From an uncultured Methylomirabilota bacterium (GTDB lineage Bacteria > Methylomirabilota > Methylomirabilia > Methylomirabilales > 2-02-FULL-66-22), in the NCBI GenBank assembly GCA_963705305.1, contig OY970067.1, positions 3,456,001-3,520,000 of the forward strand: a DNA stretch of 64,000 bases, in the 5' to 3' direction. Positions 19,095-27,747 of this stretch are shown piece after piece (the stretch's first letter is position 1; each line of letters begins with the position of its first letter). Both the position numbers and the translations under genes were made by a program. The notes under the pieces are model-generated. The model made no database searches and had not been told where the DNA came from. It saw nothing but the letters and a program-made list of their open reading frames with translations.

Positions 19095-20723
19095 TCAGGC
19101 GCCGCGCAGGCTCACCAGCTGGTGATCCCATCCGGGCCCGTCGATGTGGCGGCCGAGGACGGCCAGGAATGCCGGGCCGTACTTGGCCAGGTAGGGCAGG
19201 GCGGGCAAACCCCGCTCCTGCGGCTTGCCGCCGGGCATGAGGGCCTCCCGGACGCGCTGCACCTGCTGGCGGGTCTCGCCCTCCCGCCGCTTCAAGGCCT
19301 GAACGACCTTGCGCTCCAGCTGGTCCAGATGCCCCTTCAGGTGTCCTGCCGTCTGGCCCACGGTGGCCTGCAGGGTCGGGTCGATCCCGGAGACGACCGC
19401 CCCCACGCCCCGGAAGATCTCCTCCAGGTCGGCTCGCGCCCGGGTCAGGGTGGTCTCGGCGTCCGGAGGGAACTGGGCGCGCAGCACGCGACTGGCAAGC
19501 TGCTCCGGCTCCAGCACCAGGTCCGGCAGCTCCAGGTGGAACCGCTCCATGAATTGGGCGATGCGGGGCTCCACCAGGGTCAGGGTGGCGCGCGGCAGCA
19601 CCAGCGGCATGGGGACCTGGAACGCCTCGTACACCGGCCGGAGCTGGGCGAAGTAGCTCAGCTCTCCGGGGCCGGCCACGTAGGCCAGCGTCGGAAAGAG
19701 GGAGTCCTGGACGATGGGCCGCAGGGCCACGTTGGGACTCAGCCGCTCGGGCTGCGCCTCGGCCAGCCGGAGCAGCTCCGCGGCGGGCATGGGGGCGGCG
19801 CGGTCGCGCACCCGGAACGCCGATCCGTCGCGGGTCAGCGCCCGCCGCCCCTCGTCCAACAGAAAGCAGTTCACCCCGTCGGGACGCGCCTCGATCTGGG
19901 CCGGGTACCCCAGGTGCCCCAGGGACCGGCTGACCTGCAGGATCGCTTGCGACGAGCGGGGGGCGGTCTCCAGCTCCTGGCGAAATACGCCCGCGGCCAG
20001 TCGCTTCAGCGCCGGGTCTGCGGCATCCACCAGCACCAAGCCGGTATCTCCCAGGAGGTGGACCATCCAGCAGGCGAAGGCGTCCGCCAGCGTGCGCTCG
20101 GGCGTGTATGCCCGGGTCAGCGCCTCCCGGAGTGGAGAGAGGAGGTCGGTCGCCGGCAGGAGGTCCCAGGCCTGACGCAGCGTCTCCTGAACGGCCGTGC
20201 CCAACCGGAGGACGGACGGCATGAATCCTTCCGGGTTCTCCCACTGCGTGTGGCGAAGGGTGACCAGGGTGCCGCTGCGATCCAGGAGGTGGATGTGGTC
20301 CGCCTCGGCCACGTCGTGGTCCTCCGAGGCCATCCAGAACAGGGGGACCACCGGCCGCCCGAGCGTATGGCGGAACCGCTCGGCCAGCGCGACGGCGGTG
20401 AGGGCCTTGTACAGAGTGTACAGCGGCCCGCCGAAGAGGCCGGTCTGCTGCCCGGTCACCACGGCCAGCGTGCCCGGCTGGGCCAGCTCCGCGATGCGCT
20501 GCCGGACGATGGCCGGGATGCCCCAGGCCGCGTGGCGAGCCAGGAGCGCCGCCTGCAGCCCGCTCCGGCGGTAGGTGCGGGCCACGCAGGTTTCGGCCTG
20601 GCGGTGCGGCGAGTCGGGGTCATGGGGGTCCCAGGCGTAGAAGGGGGCCAGCGTCGAGAACGCATGGGCGTAGTCGCGAACGAGCGGAGAGAACCCCGGG
20701 AGTTGCCGGATGTCGAGGTGCAT
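19095..20723 (-). CDS. bshC: Bacillithiol biosynthesis cysteine-adding enzyme
   Basis: VVTGQQTGLFGGPLYTLYKA, FWMASEDHD, SPNVALRP, YVAGPGE.SYFAQL, PQER. Confidence 0.93.
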   Translation of the reverse strand: MHLDIRQLPGFSPLVRDYAHAFSTLAPFYAWDPHDPDSPHRQAETCVARTYRRSGLQAALLARHAAWGIPAIVRQRIAELAQPGTLAVVTGQQTGLFGGPLYTLYKALTAVALAERFRHTLGRPVVPLFWMASEDHDVAEADHIHLLDRSGTLVTLRHTQWENPEGFMPSVLRLGTAVQETLRQAWDLLPATDLLSPLREALTRAYTPERTLADAFACWMVHLLGDTGLVLVDAADPALKRLAAGVFRQELETAPRSSQAILQVSRSLGHLGYPAQIEARPDGVNCFLLDEGRRALTRDGSAFRVRDRAAPMPAAELLRLAEAQPERLSPNVALRPIVQDSLFPTLAYVAGPGELSYFAQLRPVYEAFQVPMPLVLPRATLTLVEPRIAQFMERFHLELPDLVLEPEQLASRVLRAQFPPDAETTLTRARADLEEIFRGVGAVVSGIDPTLQATVGQTAGHLKGHLDQLERKVVQALKRREGETRQQVQRVREALMPGGKPQERGLPALPYLAKYGPAFLAVLGRHIDGPGWDHQLVSLRGA

Positions 20724-20755
20724 CAGCGTGTGTCCATTAGTCACTTGCCTATTGG

Positions 20756-20786
20756 CAGGTTGCTGAAAAACCCCTTTAGCCGCCTG
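20756..20786. repeat. Collapsed remnant of MITE family A (ends only)
   Basis: CAGGTTGCTGAAAAACC followed after a few bases by a degenerate inverse (TTTAGCCGCCTG). Confidence 0.5.
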
Positions 20787-20843
20787 AGGGTAGCAGAGCA
20801 ACACGGGAACGGCAAGGCGGGGGCACGGGTGCAACGTTGCGGG

Positions 20844-21121
20844 CTAGTCACATGTGTCCGAAATCTGCCGACTTTCGCCCCGGCTCCGCGCCGCGGCACC
20901 TAGGGTCTACACCCACCCTTCGGGCGGGTACCCGGAACCGGCCAGCCTTGCTCCGGCGGCGATGCCCCGGGAGGGCACGCCGCGCCGCGGAGCGCCTGTC
21001 GATAGGCCACGTGGTTCCTGCGAGGCCGCGGCGACCGGACCCGGCTGGCCCGCGGACCCGGTGCCTTGGTGCAGAGCCGGAGCTCAAGATAAGTAAGAGG
21101 ATTTCGGACAGGGTACACTAG
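20844..21121. mobile_element. IS630-like MITE (family B) with a long internal fold-back
   Basis: Ends CTAGT-N6-TGTCCGAAATC / GATTTCGGACA-N6-ACTAG; internal arms CGGCTC..GGCACC / GGTGCC..GAGCCG; right CTAG contains the stop codon of the adjacent gene. Confidence 0.65.
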
Positions 21122-21786
21122 GGATGGCGCGCGAGGAAGGCGGCCGTCCACGGACAGCGATGGGGAGCGGAGGCCAGTTCCGCCTGCAGCCGGACGAGGT
21201 CCGCGGACGTGTCCACATCGAACCAAGGGTCGAGCAGGCGCACGGAAAGCCCGGCCCCCGAAGCCTGCGCCAGGGTCTGTTCCAGGACGCCGATCGTGCC
21301 CCAGGCGATCTCCTCGAAGAGCCTCGGGGCTGGGCGGCGGAGGCCCACCAGGTAGTATCCCCCGTCCTCGGAAGGTCCCAGCACGACATCGACGGCCGCC
21401 GTCCGCAGACAGCGGACGGCGGCTGCCAGATGCGCGTCGGGGAGGTTCGGGCTGTCGGTTCCGATGATCACCACGCCGGCGTGGCCGCGGCAGAGCAGGT
21501 CTCGGGCAAGACAGTCAAGACGCGTCCCCAGGATGCCGTCTGCCTGCGTGAGGAGGTGGATGCGGGGACCGGCGAGGCGGCGGAAGTACCCCTCGGCCTC
21601 CGGCGGGGTGTAGGCCAGATAGGGGCTCGCTCCCTCCAGGCGGTCCAGCTGGGCGATCTTGTCCAGGAGAAAGGCCCGGGAGAGATCGGCAGCCTCCTGG
21701 AGGGACAGCGGAGGGCAGAGCCGCGTCTTGACCCGGCCGGGCGCCGGTTCCTTGGCCATGACCGCAACCGCGACCGTCAACGCCAT
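21118..21786 (-). CDS. DUF2064/TIGR04282-type glycosyltransferase (CofC-like fold)
   Basis: MAKEPAPGRVKTRL, Q..G.LG.R, IGTDSP, VLGPSEDGGYYLVG, WFDVDT..DL. Confidence 0.85.
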   Translation of the reverse strand: MALTVAVAVMAKEPAPGRVKTRLCPPLSLQEAADLSRAFLLDKIAQLDRLEGASPYLAYTPPEAEGYFRRLAGPRIHLLTQADGILGTRLDCLARDLLCRGHAGVVIIGTDSPNLPDAHLAAAVRCLRTAAVDVVLGPSEDGGYYLVGLRRPAPRLFEEIAWGTIGVLEQTLAQASGAGLSVRLLDPWFDVDTSADLVRLQAELASAPHRCPWTAAFLARHP

Positions 21787-22057
21787 CCCCCGCGACCACC
21801 GCGTGTCTTTTCGACAGCGGAAAAGACGACCCCCGTGCCATGCTAGCCGTATTGTGGAGCCAAGGTCAAGACGCAGCCGGGGATGGATTGGCGGCGCCCC
21901 GGAGAATCCGGGAACCTTCCCCCGCAACACGTGTCAAACATGACAGGAGGACAACAGTAAGGACGGCGGACCGCCCACGACCGCCGCGGCCGGGGTGTCA
22001 GGGAAGGCGCTTCCATCCAGAGCGCGACCGGATTCCTCAAAGAGGTCGCGCTTTTTC

Positions 22058-22087
22058 TTGACGGGTGTTTTCTCGATTTGCTATAAA
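22058..22087 (+). promoter_or_regulatory. tol-pal promoter
   Basis: TTGACG..TGCTATAAA (extended -10). Confidence 0.55.
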
Positions 22088-22107
22088 GGACCAATGGGTC
22101 CAGCTCG

Positions 22108-22827
22108 ATGAACGCAGCCACTCTTGTCCTCCAAGCCGGGGTCGTCGTCAAGGTCGTCCTCACCGTCCTGCTGTTTTTCTCTCTCACCTGCTGGACCATC
22201 ATCTTTCTGAAGCTCCGGGCGCTCGGCCGGGCGGACCGGCAGGACGGGCGGTTCCTGAGGCTGTTTCGGGACAGCAAGAATTTGTATGCGGCCTTCGAGG
22301 AAAGCCGGCGCTTCCCCCAGAGCCCGTTGGCAGCCCTTTTCCGTGAGAGCTACCGCGAGCTGAGCCTGGCCGTCAAGGGCGGACCGGCGGGGGGCGCAAA
22401 TCCCGGGACGGCGGACGCCTCGAGCCGCGGGCTGGAGCTGCCGCCGGAGGACCTGCTCTCGCGAATCACACGCACCCTGCGCCACGCCAGCCTGCGGGAG
22501 ATTGCGGCCCTCGAGCGGGCGCTGATGTTTCTGGCCACGACGGGGAACACCACCCCCTTCATTGGGCTGTTCGGGACGGTCTGGGGCATCATGGATGCGT
22601 TCCACAGCATCGGGATCACCGGCTCCGCCAACCTGGGGGCGGTGGCGCCCGGCATCGCCGAGGCGCTCATCACCACGGCCGCCGGGCTGGTCGTGGCCAT
22701 TCCGGGGGTCATCGCCTACAACTACTTTCTCAACCGGATCAAAGGGGCGGCCACGCGTATGGATCTGTTCGCCCTCGAGTTCATTGGGATGGCCGAACGG
22801 ATCATCCTCAAATCGGGACGGCAGTGA
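22108..22827 (+). CDS. tolQ: Tol-Pal protein TolQ
   Basis: FLATTGNTTPFIGLFGTVWGIM, VAPGIAEALITTAAGL..AIP. Confidence 0.93.
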   Translation: MNAATLVLQAGVVVKVVLTVLLFFSLTCWTIIFLKLRALGRADRQDGRFLRLFRDSKNLYAAFEESRRFPQSPLAALFRESYRELSLAVKGGPAGGANPGTADASSRGLELPPEDLLSRITRTLRHASLREIAALERALMFLATTGNTTPFIGLFGTVWGIMDAFHSIGITGSANLGAVAPGIAEALITTAAGLVVAIPGVIAYNYFLNRIKGAATRMDLFALEFIGMAERIILKSGRQ

Positions 22828-22874
22828 GCGCGCCGCTCTCGGTCTCCACGGGTTCCAGATGAGGCGGGACGGCC

Positions 22875-23309
22875 ATGGCGCCCAGAGCGATTGAGCCCGG
22901 CGGCGAGAGCCGGTTGGGGCCTGCCCTGGCGGAGATCAACGTCACGCCCTTCGTGGATGTGGTGCTGGTTCTGCTGGTCATCTTCCTGATCACCGCCCCG
23001 ATGATGCTGGGGGGCATCGACGTTCGGGTGCCCAAGACCGAGACCCAGACGGTTCGCCCGGACGAGCGTTTGGTCCTCACGGTCACCCGGGATCGGGGGG
23101 TCTTCCTGGAGAATCAGCCCATCAGCCTGTCCCGGCTGTCGGCGGTCCTGCGTGGCATGGTCCGCCGGAACCCCAAGGCGGCGGTCTTCCTGAAGGCGGA
23201 CGAGGCCGTGAGCTACGGGGTTGTGATGAAGGTCATGGATGTGGTGAAGAAGGCCGGGATCGACCGCGTCGGCATGGTGACCGAGCCGGTCAGGTCGAGC
23301 GGGGGATGA
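22875..23309 (+). CDS. tolR: Tol-Pal protein TolR
   Basis: EINVTPFVDVVLVLLVIF.ITAP, KAD..V.YG. Confidence 0.92.
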   Translation: MAPRAIEPGGESRLGPALAEINVTPFVDVVLVLLVIFLITAPMMLGGIDVRVPKTETQTVRPDERLVLTVTRDRGVFLENQPISLSRLSAVLRGMVRRNPKAAVFLKADEAVSYGVVMKVMDVVKKAGIDRVGMVTEPVRSSGG

Positions 23310-23312
23310 CCC

Positions 23313-24176
23313 ATGGCGGCTGCGGCCGGGCCACTGCTGGCGCCTGGACCCAAGCCCCGCGAGGTGTGGCTCACCGTCGGCCTGTCGGTGCTGCTCCACG
23401 GGCTACTCACGGGCGTCGTTCTCATTGTTCCGCACTTCCAGATCGGACACTACATCACCGTGCCGGTCACCTACACCGTGAATCTCGTCGACGCCCCGCC
23501 CGGCGAGCAGGCGGCCGGACGATCCCGTCCGGCCACGGCTCCGCCCGCGGCGCCGCCGGCTTCAGCCGCTCCGGCGAGCCGCCCTGTGCCGCCGGCGCCG
23601 GCCGTGGTGCCGCGTTCGGCTCCGGCCAGTCCTCCTCCTGCAGAGGAGCTAACGTTGCCCGGACGGCGCCCCGTCCAGCCGGCCCCGCGGCGGCCGGAGG
23701 CCTCGCTCCGCCTGCCGCCCGCCCGCCCGGCTCCATCGCCGCCGCCGGGCCCGATCCAGATGGGACAGCTCGTCCCTGAGACGCCGCTCACCCCGGCTGC
23801 GCCCGCGCCGACCGTCGCATCGGCGGGGACCGAGGGGTCCAGCGCCAAGACCGGCGGGGCGGAGCTGGTGAAAGAGGGGGCCGGCGGGGGCACCGCGCTG
23901 GCGTATTACCTCACACTGGTGGACCGCAAGATCCAAGACTTCTGGGTTCCCATCGGGGCCGGCAAGGGATCCGAGTCGGTGGTGAGTATCCAGTTTCGCG
24001 TGCTGCGGTCCGGTCAGGTGCAGAACGTGCAGCTGGAGACGAGCTCGGGCGATGCATCGCTGGACGCATCGGCCATGCGGGCCATCCGGCAGAGCATTCC
24101 GCTGCCTCCCTTTCCCAATCTGCTGACCGACCCGTACCTGGACCTTCGATACCGTTTCGTCATGGAGCGTGGATGA
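23313..24176 (+). CDS. tolA: TolA/TonB-family energy transducer
   Basis: SVLLH anchor, Pro/Ala linker, TonB_2-like C-domain; sits between tolR and tolB. Confidence 0.8.
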   Translation: MAAAAGPLLAPGPKPREVWLTVGLSVLLHGLLTGVVLIVPHFQIGHYITVPVTYTVNLVDAPPGEQAAGRSRPATAPPAAPPASAAPASRPVPPAPAVVPRSAPASPPPAEELTLPGRRPVQPAPRRPEASLRLPPARPAPSPPPGPIQMGQLVPETPLTPAAPAPTVASAGTEGSSAKTGGAELVKEGAGGGTALAYYLTLVDRKIQDFWVPIGAGKGSESVVSIQFRVLRSGQVQNVQLETSSGDASLDASAMRAIRQSIPLPPFPNLLTDPYLDLRYRFVMERG

Positions 24177-25501
24177 TGCGTGGACGGACGTGGATCGCCC
24201 TCGGGGCGATTGGATTGATGGGATGGGCCGCCGCCCTTCCGGCCCGGGCACAGGTGATCCAGCGCGAGCTGCGCGAGCGGGTCGTGCCCAAGGTCACCTT
24301 GGCCATCGCGGGGTTCGGCCCCTTCGTCGAGCAGGGACAGGACCTCGGAAAGCTGGGTGCCTCCATCCTGGCCGGCGACCTGACGTTCACCACCGTATTC
24401 GACGTGATGGATTCGGCCACACTGCCCTTCGATCCGCGGACCGTCCAGCCGGATCAGGAAAAGGTGCTGTTTCCGGGGCTCAGCTCCCTCAGGGTGCAGC
24501 AGCTGGCCGAGGGCCAGGTGTCCAGCCGGGGGCCCGAGGTCGTGGTGGAGGGACGCCTCTTCGATGTGGGCACGGGGAACATGATTTTCGGCAAGCGGTA
24601 CGTCGGGGATCCGAAGTTCTTCCGGCTCATCATTCACCGCTTCGCGGACGACATCCTGTTTCATGTGACCGGAGAGCGGGGGGTGGCCCAGACGCAGATC
24701 GCCTACGTGTCGGCTATCAGTCGCACCGAAAAAGAGCTTTACGTCATGGATTACGACGGGGCCAACCCCGTCCCCATCACCGGGAATCACTCGATCAACC
24801 TGTCGCCCCGCTGGTCGCCGGACGGCCACCTGCTAGCATACACGTCGTACCAGCTGGACCCCAAGACCCGGCGGGACAACCCGAATCTCCTGGTGCTCAA
24901 TTGGGACAGCGGCCGCCGGAGCGTCCTGTCCGCCCGGCCCGGCCTCAACATCACGCCCGCCTGGTCCCCCGACGGCCGGTGGATCGTCCTGGCCATGAGC
25001 GCGGGGGGCGGGACCAATCTCTTCCTCATGCCCAAGGGCGGGGGCAAGGCGACGCCGCTGACCGCCGGGACCGCCGTCTCGGTGTCCCCCTCCTTTTCCC
25101 CCAACGGCCGGCAGATCGTCTTCAACTCGGACCGCGGGGGGACGCCCCAGATCTACGTGGTGGATGTGGACGGCTCCAATCTGCGCCGGATCACCTTCCA
25201 GGGGAGCTACAACTCCTCTCCGCGCTGGTCGCCGCGGGGTGACAAGATCGCCTTCATGTGCCGCCTGGCGGGAAACCAGATCTGCCTGATCGACCCCGAC
25301 GGATCGGAGCTCGCGCAGCTCACCACCCTGGGGAGCAACGAGGATCCGGACTGGTCCCCCGACGGCCGGCACCTCGTCTTCAGCTCGACACGGATGGGCC
25401 ACCGGGATATTTTCGTCATGCACGCCGATGGAACGGAGCAAACCCGCCTGACGAACAACGGCAGGGACAACTACCTCCCCGACTGGGGTCCGGCCCCCTA
25501 G
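24173..25501 (+). CDS. tolB: Tol-Pal beta-propeller protein TolB
   Basis: Signal peptide; H.FAD..TGERG..TQIAYV; repeated PD40 P.WSPDG motifs. Confidence 0.95.
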   Translation: MMRGRTWIALGAIGLMGWAAALPARAQVIQRELRERVVPKVTLAIAGFGPFVEQGQDLGKLGASILAGDLTFTTVFDVMDSATLPFDPRTVQPDQEKVLFPGLSSLRVQQLAEGQVSSRGPEVVVEGRLFDVGTGNMIFGKRYVGDPKFFRLIIHRFADDILFHVTGERGVAQTQIAYVSAISRTEKELYVMDYDGANPVPITGNHSINLSPRWSPDGHLLAYTSYQLDPKTRRDNPNLLVLNWDSGRRSVLSARPGLNITPAWSPDGRWIVLAMSAGGGTNLFLMPKGGGKATPLTAGTAVSVSPSFSPNGRQIVFNSDRGGTPQIYVVDVDGSNLRRITFQGSYNSSPRWSPRGDKIAFMCRLAGNQICLIDPDGSELAQLTTLGSNEDPDWSPDGRHLVFSSTRMGHRDIFVMHADGTEQTRLTNNGRDNYLPDWGPAP

Positions 25502-25533
25502 CGGCTTTCCCGACCGAAGGAGGTGGACTGGTC

Positions 25534-26172
25534 GTGCCACACGGACGATGGGTGAATGGGCTGCGGCTGATCGGACTCTGCCTCCTGGTCGGCGTGGCCC
25601 TCCTGGGGTGTGCCAAGCAACCCGAGCTGGGGACGGCCGGGCCCGCTGGCATGGGACCGTCAGCCGTGACGGCGCCTGCCGGCCCGGGCAGCCCCGCGAC
25701 CGGGGCGCCGGGATCGAGCGGGGGCGAGATCGCGGTGACCCGGCCCACGCTGCCCACGGAAACACCCATAGAATCCCGGCCCTCCCTCTCCTCTCCGGCT
25801 GCGGGGACGGTCTCGGGAGCGGGCGCCCAGGCCGCCTCGGCCCTCCAGGATGTGTTCTTCGACTACGACAGCTCTGCCATCCGCGGGGACCAGCAGAGCG
25901 TGCTGGCCGCCGACGTAGCCTGGCTGCAGGCCAACCCCGGGGTGCGCCTGAGCCTAGAGGGGCACTGCGACGAGCGCGGCACGCCGGAGTTCAACCTCGC
26001 CCTGGGAGATCGTCGCGCCAAGGCGGTGAGGGCGTACCTGGTGGCCGCCGGCGTCGGGGCGGATCGGATCACGACCATCAGCTACGGAGAGGAACGTCCA
26101 TTTGTGCCGGGCCACGACGAGAGCGCCTGGCGGTGGAACCGCCGGGTCCACTTCGTGGTCGCCGTGCCCTGA
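25534..26172 (+). CDS. pal: Peptidoglycan-associated lipoprotein
   Basis: Lipobox LLGC; FFDYD, EGHCDERGT.EFNLALG.RRA, SYGEERP, NRR. Confidence 0.95.
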   Translation: MPHGRWVNGLRLIGLCLLVGVALLGCAKQPELGTAGPAGMGPSAVTAPAGPGSPATGAPGSSGGEIAVTRPTLPTETPIESRPSLSSPAAGTVSGAGAQAASALQDVFFDYDSSAIRGDQQSVLAADVAWLQANPGVRLSLEGHCDERGTPEFNLALGDRRAKAVRAYLVAAGVGADRITTISYGEERPFVPGHDESAWRWNRRVHFVVAVP

Positions 26173-26264
26173 CGGCAGCAGTGAACAACTGACCCACAGG
26201 CCGCCTGCGCCGCCTGCTTGGGCGGCGCCCAGGCGCGACGAGGGAGAGAACCTTGGACGCAATC

Positions 26265-27383
26265 ATGATCAAACGGACACGCAGCGCATGGCGAACGGGG
26301 GCTCTGCTCCTGGGTGCGATCAGCCTCCTCGGCGGCTGCGCAACCCCCGAGGACATTACCACCCTCCGCCAAGACATGCTCCGCCTCCGCCAGGACATGG
26401 CCGGCCTGGCCAAGGCCGACGAGGGGGCCCGCGCCTTCACGGACGAGCGGCTGAGCAAGCTGGAGACGGAGTTCCGCAACCAGTTCGAATCCTCGGTGAA
26501 GGAGAGCGAGGGATCGCGCGTCGCGCTGAACCAGCGGCTGGACGAGCTGTCCACGGAAACCAGCTTCGTCCAGGGAAAGCTGGAGGAGAACGCCTCCACG
26601 CTGCGTGACCTGAACACCCGGCTGGACGACATGAGCCAGCAGGTCCGCCAGACCGGGCAGCGCCTGGACAGCATGGATCAGCAGGTGCGGACCCTCGACC
26701 AGGAGGTCAAGGCCTGGCGGCAGCCGCCGCTGGTGGCTCCGGCGCCGGGACAGGTCTTCGGTCAGATGCCGACCACCGCGCCCGGACAGGCCACGCCGCC
26801 GCCCTCCGGCTCGCCGGCGCTCCCCACAGTGCAATCGCCCGCCGCGGCTCTCCCGCTCCATCAGGCGGGCGTCCCGCAGCCCCCGGCGGTGCAGCCGCCG
26901 CCGGCGACGTTTCCGTCCTCGCAGTCGCCGATGGCATCGCTGCCCTCGGCCACCCTTCCGTCGGCGCCGCCGACACCGGCAGCTCCGGCGCCCGCCCCCC
27001 CGGCCGTCCTGCCGCCCGAGGATCTGTACAAGAGCGCTCTGAGCGATTACACCCGAGGGGATTACGACCTGGCCATCGCCGGCTTCCGCAGCTACATCCA
27101 GAACTACCCCAAGACCAGCCTGGTTCCGAACGCCGAGTACTGGCTGGGCGAGTCCTACTATGGCCAGAAGAGCTACACCCAGGCCATCGAGGCATTCGGC
27201 GGCGTCATTCGTGACTATCCCGACAGCCCCAAGGTCCCCAGCGCGATGTTCAAGCAGGGGGATGCGTATCTTCAGCTGGGGGATGCCCAGAAAGGGACGA
27301 GTGCGCTCTGCGAGTTGATCGCCAAGTTTCCGAGGACCCGGGAGGCCCGGCTGGCGCGGGAGCGCAACCTGAAGTGCCGGTGA
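26265..27383 (+). CDS. cpoB: Tol-Pal system protein YbgF/CpoB
   Basis: Lipobox LGGC; coiled coil; Pro-rich linker; TPR YP..NAEYWLGESYY..YPDS.KVP.AMFK; follows pal. Confidence 0.9.
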   Translation: MIKRTRSAWRTGALLLGAISLLGGCATPEDITTLRQDMLRLRQDMAGLAKADEGARAFTDERLSKLETEFRNQFESSVKESEGSRVALNQRLDELSTETSFVQGKLEENASTLRDLNTRLDDMSQQVRQTGQRLDSMDQQVRTLDQEVKAWRQPPLVAPAPGQVFGQMPTTAPGQATPPPSGSPALPTVQSPAAALPLHQAGVPQPPAVQPPPATFPSSQSPMASLPSATLPSAPPTPAAPAPAPPAVLPPEDLYKSALSDYTRGDYDLAIAGFRSYIQNYPKTSLVPNAEYWLGESYYGQKSYTQAIEAFGGVIRDYPDSPKVPSAMFKQGDAYLQLGDAQKGTSALCELIAKFPRTREARLARERNLKCR

Positions 27384-27408
27384 GTTGATTCGGGCGGGGA
27401 AACAGCAA

Positions 27409-27450
27409 CGGCGGCGCCTTCCTCAGGGGAGGGCGCCGCCGGATTTTTTT
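27409..27450 (+). terminator. Intrinsic terminator of tol-pal
   Basis: CGGCGGCGCCTTCC-loop-GGAGGGCGCCGCCG followed by T7. Confidence 0.85.
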
Positions 27451-27475
27451 GGAGGCTGGGCGGGGGACCGCTTAG

Positions 27476-27747
27476 CAGGATGCTGAAAAACCTGTCTTCG
27501 CCCAGGCTGCTCAAAAAGGTCCAGATGTCCCTCGACTTCGCTCGGGACCGTGAGCGGTTCGACTGTGCTCACCGCCCTGAGCTTGTCGAAGGGCCCGCCG
27601 AACGGCAAGGCGGCCTCACCCATCCCTCGGGATGGGTACCCGGGGCCGAGTGAGGCGTACTTCCGGTACGCCGCAGCGAGCGCCCGAGCGCGCGGGGCAC
27701 CCATCCGAAGGATGGGTCTCGGCAGATGGGCCTTTTTCAGCAGCCTG
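27476..27747 (-). mobile_element. MITE family A copy 5 (most expanded)
   Basis: TTAG direct repeats at 27472-27475 and 27748-27751 (the second includes the dnaA stop); three TIR-like motifs; nested REP-like modules. Confidence 0.88.

Noticed and set aside
21932..21945. TGTCA-N4-TGACA palindrome between DUF2064 and tolQ
   Set aside because: Short, spacing does not match CRP/FNR-family sites, and it could be chance
27423..27704. Small ORFs with PFDKLR/LLKKAQM-type peptides (also near 5065, 13207-13558, 56853-57260)
   Set aside because: Translations of the repeated MITE sequence, not genes
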